A DNA stretch of 27,269 nt from Candidatus Thalassarchaeaceae archaeon (GTDB lineage: Archaea > Thermoplasmatota > Poseidoniia > Poseidoniales > Thalassarchaeaceae), in assembly GCA_030747675.1 (NCBI GenBank), contig JASLKH010000091.1:1-27269 (forward strand), read 5' to 3'. The translations under genes were made by a program, and so were the position numbers. The notes beneath the pieces were generated by a model. It had not been told where the DNA came from, made no database searches, and worked only from the letters and a program-made list of their open reading frames with translations. Within the stretch, counting starts at the first letter, position 1. Each line of letters starts with the position of its first letter. This document shows, in pieces, positions 1 through 8,077 of this stretch.

Positions 1-1
1 A

Positions 2-955
2 GGAAACAGTGATTCATGGCATGTCGAAAGAATAATCGAAGGTGATTATGAAATTGATACAAAGTATCACGGTGAAGTCCCCCAGATTATTGAAAAACAA
101 CGCACTGGATGGTATTTACTACCACATCCAATTCATGCAAAGGCTAGAAATTTCATTAACATCGCAGTAATGATATTATTGACCTGTCTATTCTACTTGT
201 TCACAACTCCATTACAAACCTCAATTGGAATTCCTACCTTTGGTACCGGTAAAATTCGACTTGGACTTCTCGATTACCCTCTGCTAGCTGTTGTTGTTGT
301 TCCACTTATGCTGATTCCAATAGCACTCAGAATCGCAGCAAATCTAGGGGATTTAAGAAGGCAGAAATTTTTCTTGTTCAATTCGCCGCCTAGGCCTGAA
401 ATCAGTGTCGATGAAGTTGAAAGCGGTTCAAATCTGAAAGGGAAAATTGAGTTTCAGGAACCCTGTAATGATTGGAAGAGCATGAAATTATCATGGAGAG
501 TTGGCATTCTGCCACCGGCTAGACACAAAGTTTTCGCAGCATTAAATCTCGACCCATCAGGACAACCACCTCCCGGTTTAACGACTCCATTACCACATCA
601 CTGGGAAAAAGGACTGGATGACGGGACCGGTATGGGAGAGGATGCGCCTATGGAGAGGCATGATGTCCCAGGTGGTGTATTTTTGCGACCTATGCGAATC
701 ATGAGCACTAGTGAACCCGTACCACTAGAGATTGCGGGTGATGAATTTGAGTTGTCACCACCACCAGGCGAGTGGCCAGGAACTGTATATGGAGGACTTG
801 TTCGAATACACTGGGAGTTGGTGATTAACATCGAAAGGGAAAGTGGTGGACCATTACTCTGGGTCGAGCCACTAACAGTTATTCACAGAAATAATGCAAT
901 AGTCAATCAGGATATTTCAATATCCGATGGTCGTACAGAAAGTGATGCATTGTAG
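2..955 (+). CDS. 5'-truncated hypothetical membrane protein: two TM helices followed by a possible arrestin/SpoOM-like beta-sandwich
   Basis: The frame of ORF 170..955 is open back to nt 2 (GNSDSWHVERIIEG...), so the gene starts upstream of the window. It has two hydrophobic segments (FINIAVMILLTCLFYLF; LLAVVVVPLMLIPIALRIAA) and a C-terminal 'PGEWPGTVYGGLVRIHWELVINIE' strand pattern. Confidence 0.75.
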   Translation, partial: GNSDSWHVERIIEGDYEIDTKYHGEVPQIIEKQRTGWYLLPHPIHAKARNFINIAVMILLTCLFYLFTTPLQTSIGIPTFGTGKIRLGLLDYPLLAVVVVPLMLIPIALRIAANLGDLRRQKFFLFNSPPRPEISVDEVESGSNLKGKIEFQEPCNDWKSMKLSWRVGILPPARHKVFAALNLDPSGQPPPGLTTPLPHHWEKGLDDGTGMGEDAPMERHDVPGGVFLRPMRIMSTSEPVPLEIAGDEFELSPPPGEWPGTVYGGLVRIHWELVINIERESGGPLLWVEPLTVIHRNNAIVNQDISISDGRTESDAL

Positions 956-993
956 ATGCAAGGATTCATTTGCCTACCCCTTTGTCACAGTTC

Positions 994-3984
994 ATGGAGC
1001 GCAAGGCACTCAGTGCTGTTTTCTTAACTCTCATCATGCTTCTATCCGGTTGTTTAGGTTCTGAAGAAACCGAGAAGGAAGTTATTGAAAGCGTTCCAGA
1101 ACACCAACTAGTTGCAAATTTTTCGCTAGTAACCAGCGGTATTTCTACCGTGGGAGATATATTTTTGGTAGATGGTTTGGCAGAAGTTAGCCCGATTGAT
1201 ACTGAATATTTCATCGAATACGACATTATTACCCCTAGTGGGATAAGACCTGTTGATGCCACATTTACAATAACCGATACTGGAATGAGATTAATCTTAA
1301 TGCCCGACGAACCAGGTCAATGGAAAATCATGGGTCGACTGATTGTTTCTGGACTTGATGATTCCATAAAGAGCGATGTTGAATTTGAAGTACTTCCTCC
1401 AAACGAGGGAGACACAATACTTTCAGTAGATTCAATCATTGAAATGGATTATTCAGCACCCCTCACAATTAGCGGCAAAGTAATCCATTCAAGTCCAACA
1501 TCTTGCATAGTTGCAGATGGTTCTAATTCTCAATCACCTAATGATGCCGGAGAATTCTATCTCGGACAAGGAGTTGTTGAAGAATCCTACAATGTTACAA
1601 TCACTGCAACATGTGGAATTTGGACAGAAAGTCAGGACTCAAGAATCGTACGGGTGATACTGTCTACAGGAAATGACATGGATGGTGATGGGATTCCAGA
1701 TGATTCCGATGCTTGTCCGAATGGGTTTGGCGAAGATGAAGGATGGAATCCTAACCAAGCTACTGATCGAGATGGAGACGGTTGCCATGATTTTGAAGAG
1801 GACATCGATGATGATAATGACATGATTCCAGATTTAGATGACCAATGTGATTCAGAAATCGGATGGGTTAGCACTGAAATTAATGACTATGATAGAGATG
1901 GTTGCGCTGATTCAAGTGAAGATTTAGATGATGATAATGACGGAATATACGACGAATTCGATTCATGTCCAACCGGCGAAATAGGTTGGGAGTCGAAACC
2001 ATACACTGATTGGGATGGAGACGGTTGCCGAGATTTGTCTGAAGATAATGATGATGACAATGACCAAATTAATGACAGTCTAGATGACTGTTGGAGAGGT
2101 TTGTCGAATTGGGTTAGCAACTCAGAATTCGATTATGATGGTGACGGATGCAACGATTTGGTTGAAGACGAAGATGATGATAATGATGGAGTCAATGATG
2201 TAAACCAAACTGGAGTTACCCTAGATGAATGCCCAAGAACTCCTCTAAATGCGCAGGATGTTGACGAGAGGGGTTGTGATGCTACTGAAAGAGATACAGA
2301 CAGTGATGGAGTCATGGATTCTGATGATGACTGCCCAGGCACACCAATGGGCAATGTGGTTAACTCCGTGGGCTGTGCTGACTTAGACGGAGATGGTGTG
2401 TTTTCAAATGTAGATAATTGCGAAAACACTCAATCAAAATGGACACCGGATTCCCAAGGATGTGCAGTCTACCAACTGCCTGTTGCATGGAAAGAAAATG
2501 GGCATGGAAATGGTAGAATGGATACTGTTGCTCATTTCTCAGTTCCAACATTGGATGGAACTTGGTCATTCAGAAATGAATGGAATGGAGAAGATGTCTA
2601 CATTTTCCTATTCAAGTACACTGATTCATCAGGAAATGGAAACAATGCAGACTGGTCAAAGAGCCCGGGCTCAATGATTCGTCAATTACCAGACAACGCT
2701 CATCTGTTCTACGGTTCATTCGACAATTCCTACCAAAGTGATGTACAAGGACGGAAAAATGCCGTTCAGAATGCACTCAATGCTGATGAGGAATTGAAAT
2801 GGCAAGATCGAATTCATTACATCGACCAAGATATGTCCACTGCTAGTGGCGGATTGGGTGATTTGATTAACAATTGGAATTCGCTTTACTATGGAATTGA
2901 TAGATTCCAGCGTGCACGTGAAATCGGTTCAATTTATGCTTGGACTTCGCAAACAAATGACATTACTCACTGGGCATATGAGGCTAGAATGTACAATTAT
3001 GAATATCCCACAGAAGTTAGAGAAAGTGACCCTAATGTGCACTCAGTTACTGTTGTTGATGAATTATGGCATAGCGGAGGATGGAGTGGAGGATATACTT
3101 CAACTTACGAAAACGTCAGTATCAGTTTACCCAATAATATCTCTTCATACGATACCCTAGAAGTATTCCATGAGCACGCATGTGAAGATAGAAGAAATCG
3201 ATATGCAAAGTCGGATGGTGGTTACGGAGGTTGCCATGAATGGGATTATCTAGCATACATGAAAATTTGCGACCGTGATAATGCTAGTAAGTGCGGTACA
3301 GAATTCATGCGATGGATTACAACTTACGGGAGAGAAGGTAGATGGTTAACCGATATTACTCCTTACCTTTTCATGCTAGAGGAAAACGATTCTCGAACAT
3401 TCAAGTATCAAGGTGCAAATAAGGGAACTATGACTGTCAAGTTACTATTCTCTGATTGGGACGTGGGTGAGCGAAGTAGTAGTGGTGAGCAAGCATTCAC
3501 TGGAGGCCAATTTAAGGGCGAATACAATAACGAGTCACAATACAAACGCCAGCACAACTTTACTGCACTTTCTGATTATCATAGCGTGAAGATTGTTTCA
3601 ACAATCACTGGACATGGCTTCAATCAAGACCAAGCAAATTGTGCTGAATTCTGCGACCACGAACATCACTATTATCTCAATGGAAATACCGCTTACGAAT
3701 GGCATCCAATCGTCTATGATAGCCAAGGATGTGAGAAGGAAGTTGACAGAGGAGTCGTAGCTAATCAATTTGGTTCTTGGCCATTCGGAAGAGCCGGCTG
3801 GTGTGCAGGACAAGATGTAAAACAATGGACATTTGACATAACAGACTGGATAGATAATTCATCTACAAATAATCTGCAATACAAGGGATTATTCAATGGT
3901 CAAGAGTATGTGCCTCAAGATACCAATGGTGGAAGCAGAGAAATCAGAGCCAACATATGGTTGGTGTGGTATGATCAGAACTGA
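994..3984 (+). CDS. Lipoprotein with Ig-like domains, thrombospondin type 3-like Ca-binding repeats, a redoxin-like linker and a C-terminal peptide-N-glycosidase F (PNGase F)-like domain
   Basis: ATG at 994 (track starts at TTG 970). Signal peptide MERKALSAVFLTLIMLLSG|C with lipobox Cys at 1051. DxDxDGC..D..ED.DDDND repeats. PNGase F motifs CHEWDY (3235-3249), ITGHG, CAEFC (3640-3654) and GRAGWCAG (R at 3790). Confidence 0.85.
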   Translation: MERKALSAVFLTLIMLLSGCLGSEETEKEVIESVPEHQLVANFSLVTSGISTVGDIFLVDGLAEVSPIDTEYFIEYDIITPSGIRPVDATFTITDTGMRLILMPDEPGQWKIMGRLIVSGLDDSIKSDVEFEVLPPNEGDTILSVDSIIEMDYSAPLTISGKVIHSSPTSCIVADGSNSQSPNDAGEFYLGQGVVEESYNVTITATCGIWTESQDSRIVRVILSTGNDMDGDGIPDDSDACPNGFGEDEGWNPNQATDRDGDGCHDFEEDIDDDNDMIPDLDDQCDSEIGWVSTEINDYDRDGCADSSEDLDDDNDGIYDEFDSCPTGEIGWESKPYTDWDGDGCRDLSEDNDDDNDQINDSLDDCWRGLSNWVSNSEFDYDGDGCNDLVEDEDDDNDGVNDVNQTGVTLDECPRTPLNAQDVDERGCDATERDTDSDGVMDSDDDCPGTPMGNVVNSVGCADLDGDGVFSNVDNCENTQSKWTPDSQGCAVYQLPVAWKENGHGNGRMDTVAHFSVPTLDGTWSFRNEWNGEDVYIFLFKYTDSSGNGNNADWSKSPGSMIRQLPDNAHLFYGSFDNSYQSDVQGRKNAVQNALNADEELKWQDRIHYIDQDMSTASGGLGDLINNWNSLYYGIDRFQRAREIGSIYAWTSQTNDITHWAYEARMYNYEYPTEVRESDPNVHSVTVVDELWHSGGWSGGYTSTYENVSISLPNNISSYDTLEVFHEHACEDRRNRYAKSDGGYGGCHEWDYLAYMKICDRDNASKCGTEFMRWITTYGREGRWLTDITPYLFMLEENDSRTFKYQGANKGTMTVKLLFSDWDVGERSSSGEQAFTGGQFKGEYNNESQYKRQHNFTALSDYHSVKIVSTITGHGFNQDQANCAEFCDHEHHYYLNGNTAYEWHPIVYDSQGCEKEVDRGVVANQFGSWPFGRAGWCAGQDVKQWTFDITDWIDNSSTNNLQYKGLFNGQEYVPQDTNGGSREIRANIWLVWYDQN
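1675..2420 (+). repeat. Intragenic TSP3-like Asp-rich Ca-binding repeats (four ~39-40 aa units plus shorter DxDGDG..D.CP units)
   Basis: Units DRDGDGCHDFEEDIDDDND, DYDRDGCADSSEDLDDDND, DWDGDGCRDLSEDNDDDND and DYDGDGCNDLVEDEDDDND, each followed by a spacer typically containing D.C and often a W.S motif. Confidence 0.9.
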
Positions 3985-5141
3985 GAGGGCGGAGGTGAAG
4001 CTAACTCGCTTAGTTTCGTTTTTGGAGAAGGAGTCTCAAGGTGTTCATAACGTGAATTTCTTCTTCTGGGAACAAAACCTGCTCTAACAATCGCGTCTTG
4101 CAATTCTAATTCACTCGCTTGGATTTTATTTGTTCCAGATGCAGATACGACATTCTCTTCCATCATTGTTGAGCCTGCATCATCAGCGCCACCTAAAAGT
4201 GCCATTTGTGCTATTGATAAGCCCATAGTAGGCCAGGAGGCTTGAATGTGGTCAATATTGTCAAAGAATAATCTTGAAACTGCTACGTGTCTAAGGTATT
4301 CGCTAGGACCTGCCCCTAGCTCGAATTTGTTCCTTCCACGATTTCTCTTACCATACGAGTTATTTTCTAACTGAACCGGCCATGCAATAAATGAGGTGAA
4401 TCCGTTAGAATAATCAGCAAGACTGCTGTCTTGTAATTCTCTTACCCTGCTCATATGCTCAATCCTGTTTTCAATGGTTTCTCCAAAACCAAAAACATTG
4501 GTAGCACTAGTGATTAGACCAAGTGATTGAGCTTCTTGCATAACTCTGAGCCAATTGTCTGGTGAACCTTTCTTTGGTGAAACATCATTTCTCACTGATT
4601 CAACTAACATCTCAGCACCACCTCCCGGTAGTCCGTGCATTCCAGCACCCTTCAGATGCGTTAGAACTTCTAGAGTTGAGAGATTTGCAACCTCTGCTAT
4701 TCCTTCGATTTCAATCGGTGAAAAGCAATCTAAATCGATGGTTGGATGCTTTTTTCGTAAAGATTTCAGTAAATCGGTATAGTAATCAATTCCTAAATCT
4801 GGATTAACTCCACCCTGCATTAGAATTCTAGTTCCATCAATGCCCTCTAACTCACTAACTCTCTGACTGATCTCGTCGAGTGTCTGTGTATACGTCTCTT
4901 CATGCCCGGGTGCCCGATAGAATGAACAAAATTGACAATTGATTGTACAGACGTTCGTGTAGTTGATGTTTCTATCAATAAGATAGGTGACATGCTTGTC
5001 ACCATTCATATCCACCCGCCTTTGATTAGCTGCATTACGAAGAGCATACAGAGGTGCATCTCTGTAGAGTACAACTGCATCTTCTTGACTCAATCTTGAC
5101 CTACTAGCCATGTGAGAATCAAGGATTTGACTCCAGGACAT
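3975..5141 (-). CDS. mqnC: Cyclic dehypoxanthine futalosine synthase (radical SAM, CofH/MqnC family)
   Basis: NINYTNVCTINCQFCSFYR (CxxxCxxC), MQGGVNP, PGGGAEML, SFIAW, HIQASWPTMG and GADDAGSTMMEENVV; the last three are MqnC-type rather than CofH-type. Confidence 0.85.
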   Translation of the reverse strand: MSWSQILDSHMASRSRLSQEDAVVLYRDAPLYALRNAANQRRVDMNGDKHVTYLIDRNINYTNVCTINCQFCSFYRAPGHEETYTQTLDEISQRVSELEGIDGTRILMQGGVNPDLGIDYYTDLLKSLRKKHPTIDLDCFSPIEIEGIAEVANLSTLEVLTHLKGAGMHGLPGGGAEMLVESVRNDVSPKKGSPDNWLRVMQEAQSLGLITSATNVFGFGETIENRIEHMSRVRELQDSSLADYSNGFTSFIAWPVQLENNSYGKRNRGRNKFELGAGPSEYLRHVAVSRLFFDNIDHIQASWPTMGLSIAQMALLGGADDAGSTMMEENVVSASGTNKIQASELELQDAIVRAGFVPRRRNSRYEHLETPSPKTKLSELASPPPSQF

Positions 5142-5150
5142 ACTAACAAC

Positions 5151-6554
5151 TCATGCTGAACCTACTATTGATTCAATATTAGCGATTGTTTTCGGGCAAT
5201 CCCCTGACAACACATCCGGACCATCTTTGGTAACTAATACATCGTCTTCTATTCGAATTCCAATATTTGCATATCTTTCTGGACATTCTACGTCTGGTCT
5301 CCATGCTCCGAAATACAATCCCGGCTCAACAGTGATTACCATCCCTTCTTCGAACAAGCGTGGTTCATCATCAGGGCGATAAATTCCAACGTCGTGAACA
5401 TCGATACCTAGCCAATGCCCTGTGTTGTGCATGTACCATTTATTCAAGTCGCCATCAGAAGACAGGGCTACGTCAAGTGATTGGTCAATAATTCCCAAAT
5501 TGATTAGACCCTCTGCCAAAACACGCCTTGCAGCCTTGTGAGGAGCGTCATAAGAATTGCCTACACGACATTCGTCGATTGCTGCAATTTGAGCATCGAG
5601 TACAATCTGGTAAATTTCTGCTTGAGCATCACTAAACTTGCCATTTACCGGCCACGAGCGAGTAATATCAGAAGCATATCCTTTGTACTCGCAACCTGCA
5701 TCGATTAGAATCACTTCACCATCATCACAAGTATCATCATTCACAGTGTAGTGAAGGATAGTTGCATTCTCTCCACTGCCAATAATACATGGGTAGGCTA
5801 TTCCAGAGGTTTTGCAATATTTGAACAATCCTTCGATAATGCCCTCTAGTTGCCATTCGCCTACACCTGGCTTTGTGTTTGCCATTGCTTGAATATGAGC
5901 TTGTGCTGCTATCTTTGCTGAATGACGCATCAAATCTATTTCTGCATTCGACTTACGAAGCCTTAATTCGTTAATCATCATTGAAGGGTCCACAATACTA
6001 ATCGGTCCGAGGCCAAATTTCTGACGTTCTCTTGAATTAGATTTCATTTCGCTTTCGACTAAATTGTCAACATCGGAATCAACTCCCATTTTGACAAAAA
6101 TACGTGAAGACTTGACTAGCATAGACGAAAGAATGTCTTGAAGTGACTCATGAGACTCTGCATTATCTACTGGCCAATTTGCTTCAGCACCTTCAACGCC
6201 TGGTCTTCGACCTTCCCATATCTCCTTCAGAACATCCTTAGGTTGCACGAATAGAGTTGTTTTCCACTCGCCATCATCATTGGAGGCACAGAAAACTGCG
6301 TCTGGATCTTCCCAGCCACACAAATACAACATATCGCTACTAGTACGGAATGGATAGTGAACATCATTTGAACGAATAGACTCATGCGGGGCAGTGATTA
6401 TTAGTAAATCACTAGGGCGTAACTGAGAGAACAATCGTGACTGACGTGAGCGATATTCATCGTGGCTAATACCCGCAGGTTCTTGCCCGACTGCTCGAAG
6501 AGATTCCTCCCACATGTATATGCGGTATATGGACTGATTTTTCATTCCTTTCAT
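5151..6554 (-). CDS. pepP: Xaa-Pro aminopeptidase (aminopeptidase P, M24B) with N-terminal AMP_N domain
   Basis: Metal ligands in IDAG, YASDITR, HNTGHWLGIDVHD, TVEPGLY and GIRIEDD; N-terminal 'YPFRTSSDMLYLCG'. Start uncertain: ATG 6554 (2 nt after the upstream stop) or ATG 6515. The track start 6581 overlaps the upstream gene. Confidence 0.93.
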   Translation of the reverse strand: MKGMKNQSIYRIYMWEESLRAVGQEPAGISHDEYRSRQSRLFSQLRPSDLLIITAPHESIRSNDVHYPFRTSSDMLYLCGWEDPDAVFCASNDDGEWKTTLFVQPKDVLKEIWEGRRPGVEGAEANWPVDNAESHESLQDILSSMLVKSSRIFVKMGVDSDVDNLVESEMKSNSRERQKFGLGPISIVDPSMMINELRLRKSNAEIDLMRHSAKIAAQAHIQAMANTKPGVGEWQLEGIIEGLFKYCKTSGIAYPCIIGSGENATILHYTVNDDTCDDGEVILIDAGCEYKGYASDITRSWPVNGKFSDAQAEIYQIVLDAQIAAIDECRVGNSYDAPHKAARRVLAEGLINLGIIDQSLDVALSSDGDLNKWYMHNTGHWLGIDVHDVGIYRPDDEPRLFEEGMVITVEPGLYFGAWRPDVECPERYANIGIRIEDDVLVTKDGPDVLSGDCPKTIANIESIVGSA

Positions 6555-6556
6555 GA

Positions 6557-8074
6557 TTAGGAGGATTCTTCGCCTGTCCACATATCATTCTCTGACATCG
6601 ATTCACGTTCTGAATCCGCAATATTTGTACTCGGCTTTGAATCCCATTTTGGCAAAACTGAGACCTCGTTTTCAGTCATCCTCATTCGACGGAACATCAT
6701 TATGCTGAAGGCAATTATCCCAAGCAACATTAGAACGGCTGTAATATTGAATTCGCCTGAATCTGATTTTGGTTCAGCCTTGACACTAATCTGAATCTCA
6801 TGCGTATCCTGTGCGCCGTCATCATCAACTACGACTAATCGCAAATCATATTCCCCAACCTCCAAATCCTTGAGAGTCAGATTTAGTGAGGTTGAGATTA
6901 GTTCTTCATCCAAGTACCAGGAGTAGGTTAGAGAATTTCCATCTTCACCTGTTTCAATTGTGGTAGCAACAAGTTCCAGTGCATCATTTTGCAAAAATTG
7001 CCACGAAGTTGGATTCGTCACACTACTCCCTTCCATTTGCAAGTCAATTACAGGTGCCACATTAGTGACATAAATTGTAGTGTTAGAGGAAGACATACGG
7101 CCAACCCAATCAATAACGTCCAACCTCACTGTATAATTTCCAGATTTACTCAATGCAATGTTGAGTAGTTCATCCGTAGTGTTTGAAGTAGGAACATATG
7201 TTACTCCTTCTGGGTCGGTTACATACCAAATTGATTGTAGATTATTGCTCCATACTCCGTCTGTAGAGCCGCTACCGTCAATGACAATCATTTCTCCTTC
7301 AAGAGCGGTTTGTGGGCTTATTAGAACCGAATTAGGGTCTGTCTGATCAACGAAAACCACCAATTCAATTTCAGGAGATGTTCTAAGATATACATCTTGC
7401 AAATGGTATGTGAATTTCCAAACCCCATCATCGAGTTCCAAAGCTTCTGCGTCTATTGAAAATGTGCCAATGTCGTTTTCCCAACTAACATTGACTTCAG
7501 TATCGAAGGTAGTACCATCACATGCACCATTAGGGGCGAGACACCAACTCAGAATTAATTTTGAATCAACAGCCTGAGAATCTGCCAATATCGCTCGTGA
7601 TGACATAACATACTCGCCATCAACAATGATATTTGTTTCATGGTTAGGAGAAATAACTGGATTATGTGGGCCTTCACCAATGAAAACAATACGATTTAGG
7701 AATTCTTTACCCAAACCATCGGTTTGACTAACTTCAAGCCAGCATGTACAATTTTCGCCTTCGACATTAATCGAGATTGACCAAATCCAAAGCCCTTCAT
7801 CGACCGGGGTAACTGATGTAAAATATTCTCCACTTGCAACAATTGGCCATTCAGTATATGGATTAGTCACATCATACAATACCCAATCTGCGTTCTGTGG
7901 TGGCAAAGTGGTTGAACCATTGATTTCTAATGTATCATTTATCCAAATTCCATCACCAAGCGGACTAGTCAATTTCTGACCTACATCAGTAGTGGCAGAT
8001 GTTGTGTCAGTTATTGAAATAGACATCAATAACAACGAAGTCACGAAAAGAACTGACTTCGGATATTGATTCAT
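6557..8074 (-). CDS. Secreted, C-terminally membrane-anchored protein with PKD/Ig-like domains
   Basis: N-terminal signal peptide (MNQYPKSVLFVTSLLLMSISIT). PKD-like motifs VIDGSGSTD...SIWYV...GNYTVRLDVIDWVG and YSWYLD...GEYDLRLVVVDDDGA. C-terminal TM (AVLMLLGIIAFSIMMFRR) and a short acidic tail. Confidence 0.8.
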   Translation of the reverse strand: MNQYPKSVLFVTSLLLMSISITDTTSATTDVGQKLTSPLGDGIWINDTLEINGSTTLPPQNADWVLYDVTNPYTEWPIVASGEYFTSVTPVDEGLWIWSISINVEGENCTCWLEVSQTDGLGKEFLNRIVFIGEGPHNPVISPNHETNIIVDGEYVMSSRAILADSQAVDSKLILSWCLAPNGACDGTTFDTEVNVSWENDIGTFSIDAEALELDDGVWKFTYHLQDVYLRTSPEIELVVFVDQTDPNSVLISPQTALEGEMIVIDGSGSTDGVWSNNLQSIWYVTDPEGVTYVPTSNTTDELLNIALSKSGNYTVRLDVIDWVGRMSSSNTTIYVTNVAPVIDLQMEGSSVTNPTSWQFLQNDALELVATTIETGEDGNSLTYSWYLDEELISTSLNLTLKDLEVGEYDLRLVVVDDDGAQDTHEIQISVKAEPKSDSGEFNITAVLMLLGIIAFSIMMFRRMRMTENEVSVLPKWDSKPSTNIADSERESMSENDMWTGEESS

Positions 8075-8077
8075 CTA

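Noticed and set aside
1632-2569. Ser/Pro/Ser-rich minus-strand ORFs (1632..1874, 1887..2120, 2133..2429, 2360..2569)
   Set aside because: These are antisense shadows of GAT/GAC-rich Asp repeats in the PNGase gene. They have no independent coding signal.
3975-5141. FO synthase subunit CofH (F420 biosynthesis) as an alternative call
   Set aside because: FIAW, SWPT and GSTMMEENVV motifs match MqnC better than CofH, and there is no cofG nearby.
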